Of a DNA stretch of 39,500 nucleotides, positions 1 to 8,772 are shown piece by piece. The stretch is taken from sequence record SRR22947727_351. One strand, written 5' to 3'. Below the pieces are notes generated by a model. It saw only the letters and a list, made by a program, of their open reading frames with translations. It was not told the DNA's origin and did not search any database. Made by a program: the position numbers and the translations under genes. Position 1 is the first letter of the stretch. Each line of letters starts with the position of its first letter.

Positions 1-2
1 CT

Positions 3-1106
3 ATTGTTGCTGTTGCTTTATTGATCACGGCATCGGCCTGCGGCCAAAACAAACCCAACGAAGTGAACCTTCCTAAGGAGGAATTATTCACGATAGAAAC
101 TGTGGTAGAAGGCATTAACAATCCATGGGGAATGGTTTTCTTACCAGATGGGAGTATGCTTGTGTCTGATAAAGAAGGTGCACTCATCAAAGTAACCCAA
201 GGCGTGAAAACTGACATTTCAAACGCCCCAAAGGTATATGTGAGAGGGCAAGGCGGTCTTTTAGATCTTGAGTTGCACCCCAATTATGCTAAAAATGGAT
301 GGATTTATATATCCTACGCCTCTGAAGAGGGCAATGAAAAAGGAGGACATACGGCTATTATGAGGGCTAAACTCAAAGGAAATAGCTTGGTAGAAAATGA
401 AGTGCTTTATAAAGCAGGACCCAATACCACCAAGGGACAACACTTTGGATCTAGACTAGAATTTGACCAAAATGGCTATTTATATTTTACCATTGGAGAA
501 CGCGGAGATAGAGATGTTAACCCACAGGATATTAAAAGGGATGGTGGAAAAATCTATAGAATAAACGCAGACGGAAGTATTCCTTCTGACAATCCATTTG
601 TAGGGATAGAAGGCGCTAAAACAGCTATTTATACCTATGGAAACAGAAACCCTCAGGGACTTATTTACCATCCTATAAGAAAAGAAATGTGGGCACATGA
701 GCATGGCCCTAGGGGTGGAGATGAGCTTAATATTATTAAAAAAGGAGCCAATTATGGGTGGCCAGTGATCACTTATGGTATTAATTATAGTGGCACGCCT
801 ATTACAGATAAGACCAGTATGCCTGATATGGAGCAGCCTATTCATTTCTGGGTTCCCTCTATTGCGCCTAGTGGAATGGCTTATGTAACTAGTGATAAAT
901 ACCCTTCTTGGAAAGGCAATCTTTTGGTGGGTTCACTTTCATTTAAATACCTTGAAAGATTGGAATTAGACGGAACTAAAGTGATTTACAGAGAAAAATT
1001 ATTGGCAGACATTGGAAGGGTTAGGTGTGTGAGACAAGCACCTGATGGATTCATCTATGCTGCAGTAGAAGGTAAAGGAATTGTGAAATTGGTGCCTAAA
1101 AAATAA
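3..1106 (+). CDS. PQQ-dependent sugar dehydrogenase (glucose/sorbosone dehydrogenase, YliI/Asd family) lipoprotein, 5'-partial
   Basis: Frame is open from position 3 (IVAVALLITASACGQ, lipobox-like ASAC), so the true start lies upstream of the window. Family motifs GQGGLLD, HFGSRL, YGNRNPQG, EHGPRGGDE, GANYGWP, SIAPSG and GRVR are present. Confidence 0.9.
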   Translation: MVAVALLITASACGQNKPNEVNLPKEELFTIETVVEGINNPWGMVFLPDGSMLVSDKEGALIKVTQGVKTDISNAPKVYVRGQGGLLDLELHPNYAKNGWIYISYASEEGNEKGGHTAIMRAKLKGNSLVENEVLYKAGPNTTKGQHFGSRLEFDQNGYLYFTIGERGDRDVNPQDIKRDGGKIYRINADGSIPSDNPFVGIEGAKTAIYTYGNRNPQGLIYHPIRKEMWAHEHGPRGGDELNIIKKGANYGWPVITYGINYSGTPITDKTSMPDMEQPIHFWVPSIAPSGMAYVTSDKYPSWKGNLLVGSLSFKYLERLELDGTKVIYREKLLADIGRVRCVRQAPDGFIYAAVEGKGIVKLVPKK

Positions 1107-1131
1107 AACTTTCCTAAATAAAATAGGCGGT

Positions 1132-1944
1132 TCAGGATTTTTCTGCTGCTATAGCTGCATGTACTGAACCGTATTTTTTTAGCATGGTTTTTCCTATTTC
1201 CTCCGAAACACCCAATGCTTGAGCTACATAAGAGGCACCTCTGTGAACCAACTTATCATTGCTGAGCTGCATATGCACCATTTTATTGCCCTTCACCCTA
1301 CCCACTCTAATCATATAAGCGGTGGAGAGCATATTGAGGGCGAGCTTTTGAGCTGTCCCACTTTTCATTCGGGTACTTCCCGTAACGTACTCTGGGCCTA
1401 CTGGAATTTCTATGGGGTAATCTACCGCAAGGGCCAGAGGAGATCCCGAATTATTAGTAATACAAGCGGTGGTAATGCCTGCAGCTTTAGCCGCCTTTAC
1501 ACCACCAATAACATAGGGAGTGGTTCCTGAAGCAGCAATACCAACCAAAACATCTAAATTATTTATGTCATGTGCTTTTATATCTATCCAGGCTTGAGTC
1601 CAGTGATCTTCTGCGTTTTCCACCGCTTTTCTAATGGCGGTATCTCCTCCAGCAATAAGCCCTATCACGCGTCCATGAGGCATTCCATAGGTTGGAGGAA
1701 TCTCTGAAGCATCTAATATACCCAAACGACCAGAAGTCCCTGCACCAATGTAAAATAGGCGTCCGCCCTTTTTAAAATTAGACACCAAAATATCTATAAT
1801 TGGAGTCATCTGATCAATAGACTGTGCTACAGCTAGGGCAATGGTTTGATCTTCTTTATTAATATCCTGAAGGATCTCCAAAGTAGATTTTTCTTCTAAA
1901 TGATCGTAATGAGAAGCAGACTCTGTTAGTTTATTAAATGACAT
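1132..1944 (-). CDS. murQ: N-acetylmuramic acid 6-phosphate etherase (short Bacteroidota form)
   Basis: GAGTSGRLGILDASEIPPTYG, AVENAED, GIAASGTTPYV, GPEYVTGSTRMKSGTAQK; anmK nearby. Confidence 0.95.
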   Translation of the reverse strand: MSFNKLTESASHYDHLEEKSTLEILQDINKEDQTIALAVAQSIDQMTPIIDILVSNFKKGGRLFYIGAGTSGRLGILDASEIPPTYGMPHGRVIGLIAGGDTAIRKAVENAEDHWTQAWIDIKAHDINNLDVLVGIAASGTTPYVIGGVKAAKAAGITTACITNNSGSPLALAVDYPIEIPVGPEYVTGSTRMKSGTAQKLALNMLSTAYMIRVGRVKGNKMVHMQLSNDKLVHRGASYVAQALGVSEEIGKTMLKKYGSVHAAIAAEKS

Positions 1945-2039
1945 GAAAAAGAATTAAATAGCGTTGAAAATGCAAATAGGTTTTTAAAGGAAATATTAAA
2001 AGTCTCATTACAAGTATTAAACCGTTTACGACAAGCCTA

Positions 2040-2789
2040 CTAAAGTAATTTAATGTCGTAATTTCTAAATGAATTGAGCTTTGAATTGGTAGGCTCTAAC
2101 TCAGTGACCATAGTATTTATAGCGCTAATATCTGCTGATTTGTAACGGTGTTGGTAATTTAGTTTTTCTGATATTGAAAGTAACACGGTCTTTTTTGAGG
2201 CATCTATTACGGCTTTTTTTAATTGTACAATATCCCAGTCAAACTCAGTAAGTCCATACACGGGATCTACATATCCAGTTCCAATAAAACTGTAATCTAC
2301 TCGAATATTTGACAAATTATTTACCGCATTTGCCCCTATAGATAGTTGGGCATCTTTGGAGAGTTTTCCCCCTATAAAAATAACCTCAACATTCGGTTTG
2401 GTGAGCATTTCTAAGGCTACAGGTAAGCTTAAAGTAAAACAAGTTAAATGCAGTTTATGTGGTATGAGTCTGGCCAGTTCCAAACAGGTGGTTCCCCCAT
2501 CGATCAGTATTACACTACCATCCTTAATTAGAGTAATAGCCTTTTGGGCTATAGTGGTTTTTTCAGCGAGAGCGTAAATATTGGTGTTTTTTGGGCTAAA
2601 ACTCACAAACCCTAATGCAATAGCACCTCCGTGTACCTTTTTTAGTTTATTCAGTACGTCCAACTCCTTTACATCCCTTCTAACCGTATCAATAGAAACA
2701 TTGAGACTTTCTACTATATCTGTGAGTAATACCCTATTGTGCAGGGCCACTTCGTTTAGAATTTTTAAATGACGTTCCTCTTTGAGCAT
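2040..2789 (-). CDS. DeoR/GlpR-family transcriptional regulator
   Basis: N-terminal HTH VSIDTVRRD...KKVHGGA, sensor-domain motif LIDGGTT, 249 aa. Confidence 0.93.
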   Translation of the reverse strand: MLKEERHLKILNEVALHNRVLLTDIVESLNVSIDTVRRDVKELDVLNKLKKVHGGAIALGFVSFSPKNTNIYALAEKTTIAQKAITLIKDGSVILIDGGTTCLELARLIPHKLHLTCFTLSLPVALEMLTKPNVEVIFIGGKLSKDAQLSIGANAVNNLSNIRVDYSFIGTGYVDPVYGLTEFDWDIVQLKKAVIDASKKTVLLSISEKLNYQHRYKSADISAINTMVTELEPTNSKLNSFRNYDIKLL

Positions 2790-2820
2790 ATTCTTTAATT
2801 AAAGTACGTATAAAGTAACA

Positions 2821-2828
2821 CAAATATA
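2821..2828 (-). promoter_or_regulatory. Bacteroidota -7 promoter element (TATATTTG) for the DeoR gene
   Basis: CAAATATA on the + strand equals TAnnTTTG on the - strand, 31 nt upstream of the ATG at 2789. Confidence 0.65.
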
Positions 2829-2885
2829 TTAAAAAATATTGCCGTTTTTTTCAGTATAAATGCGAACCGCTCTCATAATTTTCTA

Positions 2886-2925
2886 TAAACAGCAAAATAA
2901 AAAGCATAAAACAGCAGATTTTGCA
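2886..2925. promoter_or_regulatory. Candidate DeoR operator: phased (T/A)AAA(C/A)AGCA direct repeats
   Basis: TAAACAGCA 2886-2894, TAAAAAGCA 2898-2906, AAAACAGCA 2908-2916 and a fourth GCA at 2923, between two divergent promoters. Confidence 0.4.
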
Positions 2926-2934
2926 TTTTTTTTC

Positions 2935-2942
2935 TATATTTG
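2935..2942 (+). promoter_or_regulatory. Bacteroidota -7 promoter element (TATATTTG) for nagB
   Basis: Exact TAnnTTTG 30 nt upstream of the ATG at 2973. Confidence 0.65.
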
Positions 2943-2972
2943 ATACGTCTATAATAACCAACCAAACTAAGA

Positions 2973-4874
2973 ATGGTAGCCGAAGAACAAAAAAAGTTTG
3001 AAAGAATAAATACTATTATTCACGAAAATTCTCAGGAGGCCTCCTATTATGTGGCTCAAGAGATTGTTTCATTAGTCACCCAAAGACAACAAGAAGGAAA
3101 AAAAATGGTGCTTGGACTTGCTACAGGCTCTACCCCTATTAAAGTCTATGAATACCTGGTTCAGGCACACAAAGAAGAAGGAATTAGTTTTTCAAATGTG
3201 ATCAGCTTTAACCTAGATGAGTACTTCCCTATGGATAGGGAATCTGTACATTCCTACGTTCGTTTCATGCGGGAACATTTATTTGACCACCTAGACATTC
3301 CAAATACCCAAATTCACATTCCTGATGGACAGCAAACAAAAGAGGACGTTAGAACATATTGCCAGAATTACGAGCAAAAAATCATAGAAGCTGGTGGTAT
3401 AGATATTCAAATTCTAGGCATTGGAAGAACAGGACATATTGGTTTTAACGAACCTGGCTCCTCTTTAAAAAGTAAAACCCGCCTGGTTCGCCTAGACAGG
3501 ATTACCCGTTTAGACGCAGCCAGTGATTTTTTTGGAAAAGAAAACGTTCTATCAAAAGCAATCACCATGGGCGTGGGTACCATCATGGATGCCAAAAGAA
3601 TTGTCCTAATGGCATAGGGAGAAAGCAAAGCAAATATCATTAAACAAGCCGTAGAAGGCCCCATCCAAGAATCTGTACCTGCTACCTTTCTTCAAACACA
3701 CCCCAATTGTGATTTCATCATTGACAGGGCAGCAGCGACAAGTCTTACTAGAGAAGCAACTCCTTGGCTTGTAGGGGATTGTGACTGGACAGAAGGACTC
3801 ATCAAAAAAGCAACCATTTGGTTGTCTGAAACAAGAAGTAAAGCGGTGATGAAATTGACCAATGAAGACTACAATGAATATGGAATGGGAAGCCTCATTG
3901 CAGAAATTGGTAGTGCAGAGGAACTGAATGTGAAAATTTTCAACCAATTACAGCAAACTATTACAGGTTGGCCTGGAGGTAAACCTCAGGCCGATGACAC
4001 AAAGAGACCGGAACGTGCAAATCCATTTCCTAAAAAATCCATTGTGTTTAGCCCACATCCAGATGACGACGTTATCTCCATGGGAGGTACCCTTTTAAGG
4101 TTAGTAGACCAAGGACATGAAGTTCATGTAGCGTATCAGACTTCTGGTAATATTGCGGTTTTTGACGACGAGGTAATCCGTTTCTTAGATTTTGCCAAAG
4201 ACATACAGGAAAACAATACTGCATTGGAAAAACAGTTTCAAGAAGTAAAGACCTTTTTGAGTCATAAATCTCCAGGAGAGGTAGACCAACCCATGATTCA
4301 AAAATTTAAAGGCCTCATTAGAAAAGGAGAAGCCATGGCGGCCTGTCGTTATTGTGGGGTCAAAGAAGAAAACGCCCATTTTCAAAACCTGCCTTTTTAT
4401 GAAACCGGAACTGTCAAGAAAAATCCTTATTCAGAAAAAGATATTGCCCTTACCTACGATCTTTTAAATCGTGTAAAACCACAACAAATTTTTGCTGCAG
4501 GAGACCTATCTGACCCACACGGAACGCATAGGGTATGCTTAGATATTATTTTTGCAGCCATTGATAAATTGGTTGCAGATAAAGCAACCTGGATCAAAGA
4601 CTGTTATGTGTGGCTCTATAGAGGTGCATGGCAAGAATGGGATATTGCAGACATGGAAATGGCTGTTCCTATTGGGCCAAAAGACATAATAAGAAAGAGA
4701 AATGCCATCTTTAAACACCAATCTCAGAAAGACGCAGCAATGTTTCCTGGAAGTGATGAAAGAGAGTTTTGGCAAAGAGCAGAAGACCGAAATAGGGAAA
4801 CCGCAAAAAAATACAATGCCTTAGGGCTTGCAGAATATGAGGCCATGGAGGGCTTTGTGAGATATAAATTTTAG
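2973..4874 (+). pseudogene. nagB: Long-form glucosamine-6-phosphate deaminase with C-terminal PIG-L/LmbE deacetylase-like domain, interrupted by an in-frame TAG at 3615-3617
   Basis: ORFs 2973..3617 and 3822..4874 share one frame. Reading past the TAG gives continuous NagB sequence (RIVLMA*GESKANIIKQAVEGP...PATFLQTHPN). NagB motifs LGLATGSTP, NLDEY, GIGRTGHIGFNEPG; PIG-L motifs SPHPDDD and DPHGTH. Full length would be 633 codons. May be a sequencing error rather than a true pseudogene. Confidence 0.85.
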
Positions 4875-4895
4875 TTAATCCAACCATAACCACCC

Positions 4896-4931
4896 CAAAA
4901 GGTCTATTTTAGTTTTAAAATAGGCCTTTTG
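4896..4931 (+). terminator. Stem-loop after nagB, probable intrinsic terminator
   Basis: CAAAAGGTCTATTTTA-GTTT-TAAAATAGGCCTTTTG: 16-bp stem with one G-U pair. Confidence 0.7.
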
Positions 4932-4959
4932 TATTTAATCGTTTTGCTACTTTAACTTC

Positions 4960-6522
4960 ATGAAACTACCCAAATTACTTTTCTTTTATAGTTGCATTTT
5001 AAGCTTAATTGTTACCTCTTGTAGCGCGCAAAGAACAACAGGACTTGGACCGCAAAGCAAGAATATTCCCAAGACTGAAACAGCCATTAAAAAAGAATCT
5101 AATCTTGTTATTAATGACCCTGAAAGGTCATTTAGAGGTGTTTGGATAGCTACAGTCGCTAATATTGATTGGCCAAAAAATTCAAGTGATACTTATGAGA
5201 AAATGCAAAAGGACTATATAGACCTCTTGGTATTTTATAAAAAAATTAAATTTAATGCGGTCATAGTACAAATAAGAGCATCAGGAGACGCCTTTTACCC
5301 TACTAGCATGGCCCCCTGGTCCAAATACCTCACAGGAAAACAGGGAGAAAACACCAAGTTCAAAACAGATCCGTTAGAATGGCTCATTGAAACTACCCAC
5401 CAATACGGTATGGATTTTCATGCTTGGATTAATCCCTACAGGGCCACCATGACAATGGATACTTCATTATTGAATGAGACACATGATTTTAATAAACACC
5501 CTAATTGGATGGTCCCCTATGGATCTAAATATTACTACAATCCGGGACTTCCAGAAGTACAGTCCCATCTAATTGCTGTGGCTAAAGACATTGTAGAACG
5601 CTATAATATAGATGGCATTCACTTAGATGACTATTTTTACCCTTATAAAACAGAGGGGGCCATATTTGAAGACCACGAAGCTTTTACCAAGTATGGCAAT
5701 GGACAGCAAATTAATAATTGGCGTAGGGAGAATATTAACCGATTAATTGAAGGAATTCATACTGCTGTGAAAAGTAAAAAACCTTGGGTTTCTTTTGGTG
5801 TGAGCCCTTTTGGTGTCTGGAAAAACAACCATACGGATCCTAGAGGATCTAATACCCGCGCAGGGCAAACTACTTATGATGATCTGTATGCAGACCCATT
5901 GGTATGGATGGAAAAAGGTTGGATTGATTATTTGGTACCTCAATTGTATTGGAGTATGAACTTTGCCCCTGCAGCACACAAAACACTAGTAGATTGGTGG
6001 TCCAAAGAAAAGAAAAAATCGAATATCTATATTGGTTATGGCGCCTACAAGATTTTCAATAATGCAGACCCTGCTTGGAAAAATCCCAACGAAATCATAG
6101 ACCAATTGACCTATGGAAGTAAGCAGTCAGAAATCACAGGTCAGGTCATTTTTAGCGCAAAATCGTTAATGCAAGATGGACTTGAAGAGGTAGTACACAC
6201 ATTAAAGAATGGGCCATTTAGTGAATGGGTGCTCCCCCCTCTTTCTCCTTTGAGAGAGGCAAACGAAGCGTACACATTAAATGCTACTACAAATAAAATT
6301 TCAGAAGAATACTTTACCGTTAAAGTGGCTAATCCCAACATAACTAAGCTGGTACTATACGCCACTAATGAAGCCAACACGGCAGCTGAGGCTGTAGCCA
6401 TTTTACCCATTTACAATGGTTTAGCACATGTAAAAAATACAAAAGTCACATTTATAAAAGGCTTAAATCGCCATAATGAATTGAGTAAAGCATTTTCAAT
6501 GAATAAAGAAGATTTTCAATAA
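4960..6522 (+). CDS. GHL10/DUF187 (YddW/DigH-like) glycoside hydrolase lipoprotein
   Basis: Lipobox LIVTSC; RGVWIATVANIDWP, FHAWINPYRA, DGIHLDDYFYPY, FGVSPFGVW, DYLVPQLYW. Confidence 0.88.
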   Translation: MKLPKLLFFYSCILSLIVTSCSAQRTTGLGPQSKNIPKTETAIKKESNLVINDPERSFRGVWIATVANIDWPKNSSDTYEKMQKDYIDLLVFYKKIKFNAVIVQIRASGDAFYPTSMAPWSKYLTGKQGENTKFKTDPLEWLIETTHQYGMDFHAWINPYRATMTMDTSLLNETHDFNKHPNWMVPYGSKYYYNPGLPEVQSHLIAVAKDIVERYNIDGIHLDDYFYPYKTEGAIFEDHEAFTKYGNGQQINNWRRENINRLIEGIHTAVKSKKPWVSFGVSPFGVWKNNHTDPRGSNTRAGQTTYDDLYADPLVWMEKGWIDYLVPQLYWSMNFAPAAHKTLVDWWSKEKKKSNIYIGYGAYKIFNNADPAWKNPNEIIDQLTYGSKQSEITGQVIFSAKSLMQDGLEEVVHTLKNGPFSEWVLPPLSPLREANEAYTLNATTNKISEEYFTVKVANPNITKLVLYATNEANTAAEAVAILPIYNGLAHVKNTKVTFIKGLNRHNELSKAFSMNKEDFQ

Positions 6523-6533
6523 AGAAATTGATT

Positions 6534-7646
6534 ATGAACAAAGAAAAAGACCTGGTTTTTTTAGGACTCATGTCTGGCACCTCTCTAGATGGTTTAGATA
6601 TGGCCCTTTGCTCTTTTAGAGAAAATGCGAAAGGCAATGGGTATCAGTACAAAATAATCAAGACAGAAACCTTAGCTTATAGCGCTGAAATGAAGGCTTT
6701 ATTGCTAGCGGCTTACAGGGATCCAAGCACTATCTTATTGGAAAAACACCAACAATATGGCCACTGGTTGGGCCAACAGATTAAATTGTTTTTAACGCCC
6801 AAAGGGCTTGAGTGCAACTATATTGCCAGCCATGGACATACTGTATTTCACAGGCCAGAACTGGGATACTCTTTTCAACTAGGGGCTGGGCAAGCTATAG
6901 CTAATGAAACTCAAATTCCAGTCATTGCAGACTTTAGAAACACAGATATTGCTTTAGGTGGTCAGGGAGCGCCATTGGTGCCTATTGGAGACGCCCTTTT
7001 ATTTAATGAATACAAATACTGCATAAACATTGGGGGCATTAGCAATATCTCTATAAAAGCATCCTTAAATAAAAGAAATAAGTTTGAACCTAATATCATA
7101 GCCTATGATATTGGGGTAGCCAATATGCTGCTCAATGAATTGGCGGGTAAAAAAGGCCTCGAGTACGACCACAATGGCGCTTTGGCTGCCCAGGGAAAGC
7201 TTGATCAGGCTTTATACGATCAGTTAAACGCTCTAGGGCATTATGCTGCACCCTTTCCCAAATCTTTAGGAGTAGAATGGTATGAAGCAAATGTGAAACC
7301 GCTATTTGAAAACAATACCGCTTCCATTGAAGATCAGCTTCATACAGCGGTTATTCATATAGCCTATCAAATGTTTAGATCTATAACGCCTAGTCTAGAA
7401 AAAGGAGATAAAATATTATTGAGTGGTGGTGGTGCTTTTAACCAATTTTTAGTGCAAAGTCTTTCGGAAAAGCTACAGTCATTGGCTAGCATTGACATTG
7501 GCAATAAAGAAATTGTGGCATTTAAAGAAGCTCTCATATTTGCGTTTATGGGATATCTAAAAATACAGTCCAAAATAAATTGCTATAAAAGTGTTACTGG
7601 TGCAATTAAAGACAGTTCATGTGGGCTCATTTTTTATCCGCTATAA
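6534..7646 (+). CDS. anmK: Anhydro-N-acetylmuramic acid kinase
   Basis: GLMSGTSLDGLD, SHGHT, DFRNTDIALGGQGAPLVP, NIGGISN, GGGAFN, KEALIFA. ATG at 6534 preferred over TTG at 6528. Confidence 0.95.
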   Translation: MNKEKDLVFLGLMSGTSLDGLDMALCSFRENAKGNGYQYKIIKTETLAYSAEMKALLLAAYRDPSTILLEKHQQYGHWLGQQIKLFLTPKGLECNYIASHGHTVFHRPELGYSFQLGAGQAIANETQIPVIADFRNTDIALGGQGAPLVPIGDALLFNEYKYCINIGGISNISIKASLNKRNKFEPNIIAYDIGVANMLLNELAGKKGLEYDHNGALAAQGKLDQALYDQLNALGHYAAPFPKSLGVEWYEANVKPLFENNTASIEDQLHTAVIHIAYQMFRSITPSLEKGDKILLSGGGAFNQFLVQSLSEKLQSLASIDIGNKEIVAFKEALIFAFMGYLKIQSKINCYKSVTGAIKDSSCGLIFYPL

Positions 7647-7712
7647 AATATAGTCCTAAAAAACAATAGCAATAATTTATTTAAAGTATACAGGCCTAAT
7701 GCTCAGCGCATA

Positions 7713-7734
7713 AAAAAGCACTCAAGGGCTTTTT
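7713..7734 (+). terminator. Weak hairpin after anmK
   Basis: AAAAAGC-actcaagg-GCTTTTT inverted repeat with a short GC core. Confidence 0.35.
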
Positions 7735-7788
7735 AATTCAAAGGTAGTAGTCTTTGTAATATTTCACTTAAATTTAGTTTGTTATTGT

Positions 7789-7796
7789 TATTTTTG
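7789..7796 (+). promoter_or_regulatory. -7 promoter element (TATTTTTG) for the udk operon
   Basis: Exact TAnnTTTG 15 nt upstream of the ATG at 7812. Confidence 0.65.
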
Positions 7797-7811
7797 AAAA
7801 AAATATAAATT

Positions 7812-8420
7812 ATGCTCATCATTGGAATTACGGGAGGTACTGGCTGCGGAAAAACAACTGTAGTAAACCAAATCATCAATGAGCTTCCTGAAAATGAAGT
7901 GGGGGTAATTTCACAAGATTCTTACTACAATGATTTGAGCCATTTAAGCATGGAAGAGAGGGTTAAAGTAAATTTTGACCACCCAAACTCCATTGATTTT
8001 AACCTGTTAGCAGCTCATTTAGAAGCCTTGAAAAAAGGAAACAGTATTGAACAACCCGAATATTCTTTTGTTGCACACAACAGAACTAAAAATACGGTTA
8101 AAACGCAGCCTAGAAAAGTGATGATCGTAGAGGGCATTTTAATCATGAGCCACCCTGAATTAAGGGATCTTTTTGATATTAAAATATTTGTACATGCAGA
8201 TTCAGACGAACGTCTTATGAGGCGACTAAAAAGAGACTTACAAGAACGCGGCCGTAACTTAGAAGAAGTTTTAAATAGATACCAAACTACTTTAAAGCCC
8301 ATGCACGACCAATTTATAGAACCTGCAAAAGAATTTGCAGACATTATTATACCAAACAACCATTACAATACTGTAGCTGTAGATATTGTGAGAACTATTA
8401 TCAATGACAAATTAAACTAG
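7812..8420 (+). CDS. udk: Uridine kinase
   Basis: Walker A GGTGCGKTT, SQDSYY, NFDHP, IVEGIL, RDLQERGR, FIEPAKEFADIIIP. Confidence 0.95.
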   Translation: MLIIGITGGTGCGKTTVVNQIINELPENEVGVISQDSYYNDLSHLSMEERVKVNFDHPNSIDFNLLAAHLEALKKGNSIEQPEYSFVAHNRTKNTVKTQPRKVMIVEGILIMSHPELRDLFDIKIFVHADSDERLMRRLKRDLQERGRNLEEVLNRYQTTLKPMHDQFIEPAKEFADIIIPNNHYNTVAVDIVRTIINDKLN

Positions 8421-8442
8421 CTGCAAATATTAAAATGACCCC

Positions 8443-8772
8443 ATGCTTAAAAAATTAAAACAATTCAGACAGAAAAAATGGGTCTCTTTTGTGACCAATA
8501 TTTATGTGCTTATTTTGAGTGCTTTTTTAGTTTGGATGTTTTTTTTTGACACCAATTCTTTCCGTATTCAAAAAGAACTACGCGTTCAAATTGAAAATTT
8601 AGAAGCTGAAAAGGCGTACCTTGAAGGGGAAATAGATAAAGATAGGAAAGCCCTCAAGAATTTATCTTCAGATGAAGCCATGGAAAAATTCGCAAGAGAA
8701 CGTTACTTTCTGAAGAAGAAAAATGAAGCTGTATTTATTATAGAATACCAAGACAGTATTTTAAATGAATAA
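8443..8772 (+). CDS. FtsB/DivIC-family septum formation initiator
   Basis: One TM segment (WMFFFD), a coiled coil, and the EKFARERYFLKKKNE motif. Confidence 0.85.
   Translation: MLKKLKQFRQKKWVSFVTNIYVLILSAFLVWMFFFDTNSFRIQKELRVQIENLEAEKAYLEGEIDKDRKALKNLSSDEAMEKFARERYFLKKKNEAVFIIEYQDSILNE

Noticed and set aside
3615..3617. Genome-wide TAG reassignment or pyrrolysine insertion to explain the nagB stop
   Set aside because: TAG is the apparent terminal stop of nagB (4872-4874), udk, the small mutase subunit, dapB and SpoU. No other gene shows an internal TAG, and the downstream sequence is A-rich with no evident hairpin.
3822..4874. Treating the 350-aa ORF as an independent gene
   Set aside because: It is in frame with upstream nagB and the intervening codons are NagB-like, so the TTG start is an ORF-caller artefact.
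7708..7720. GCATAAAAAAGCA matching the candidate DeoR repeat at 2904-2916 (12 of 13 nt)
   Set aside because: It is low-complexity, A-rich and forms one arm of a terminator-like hairpin. Similar strings occur near 17117 and 33008.
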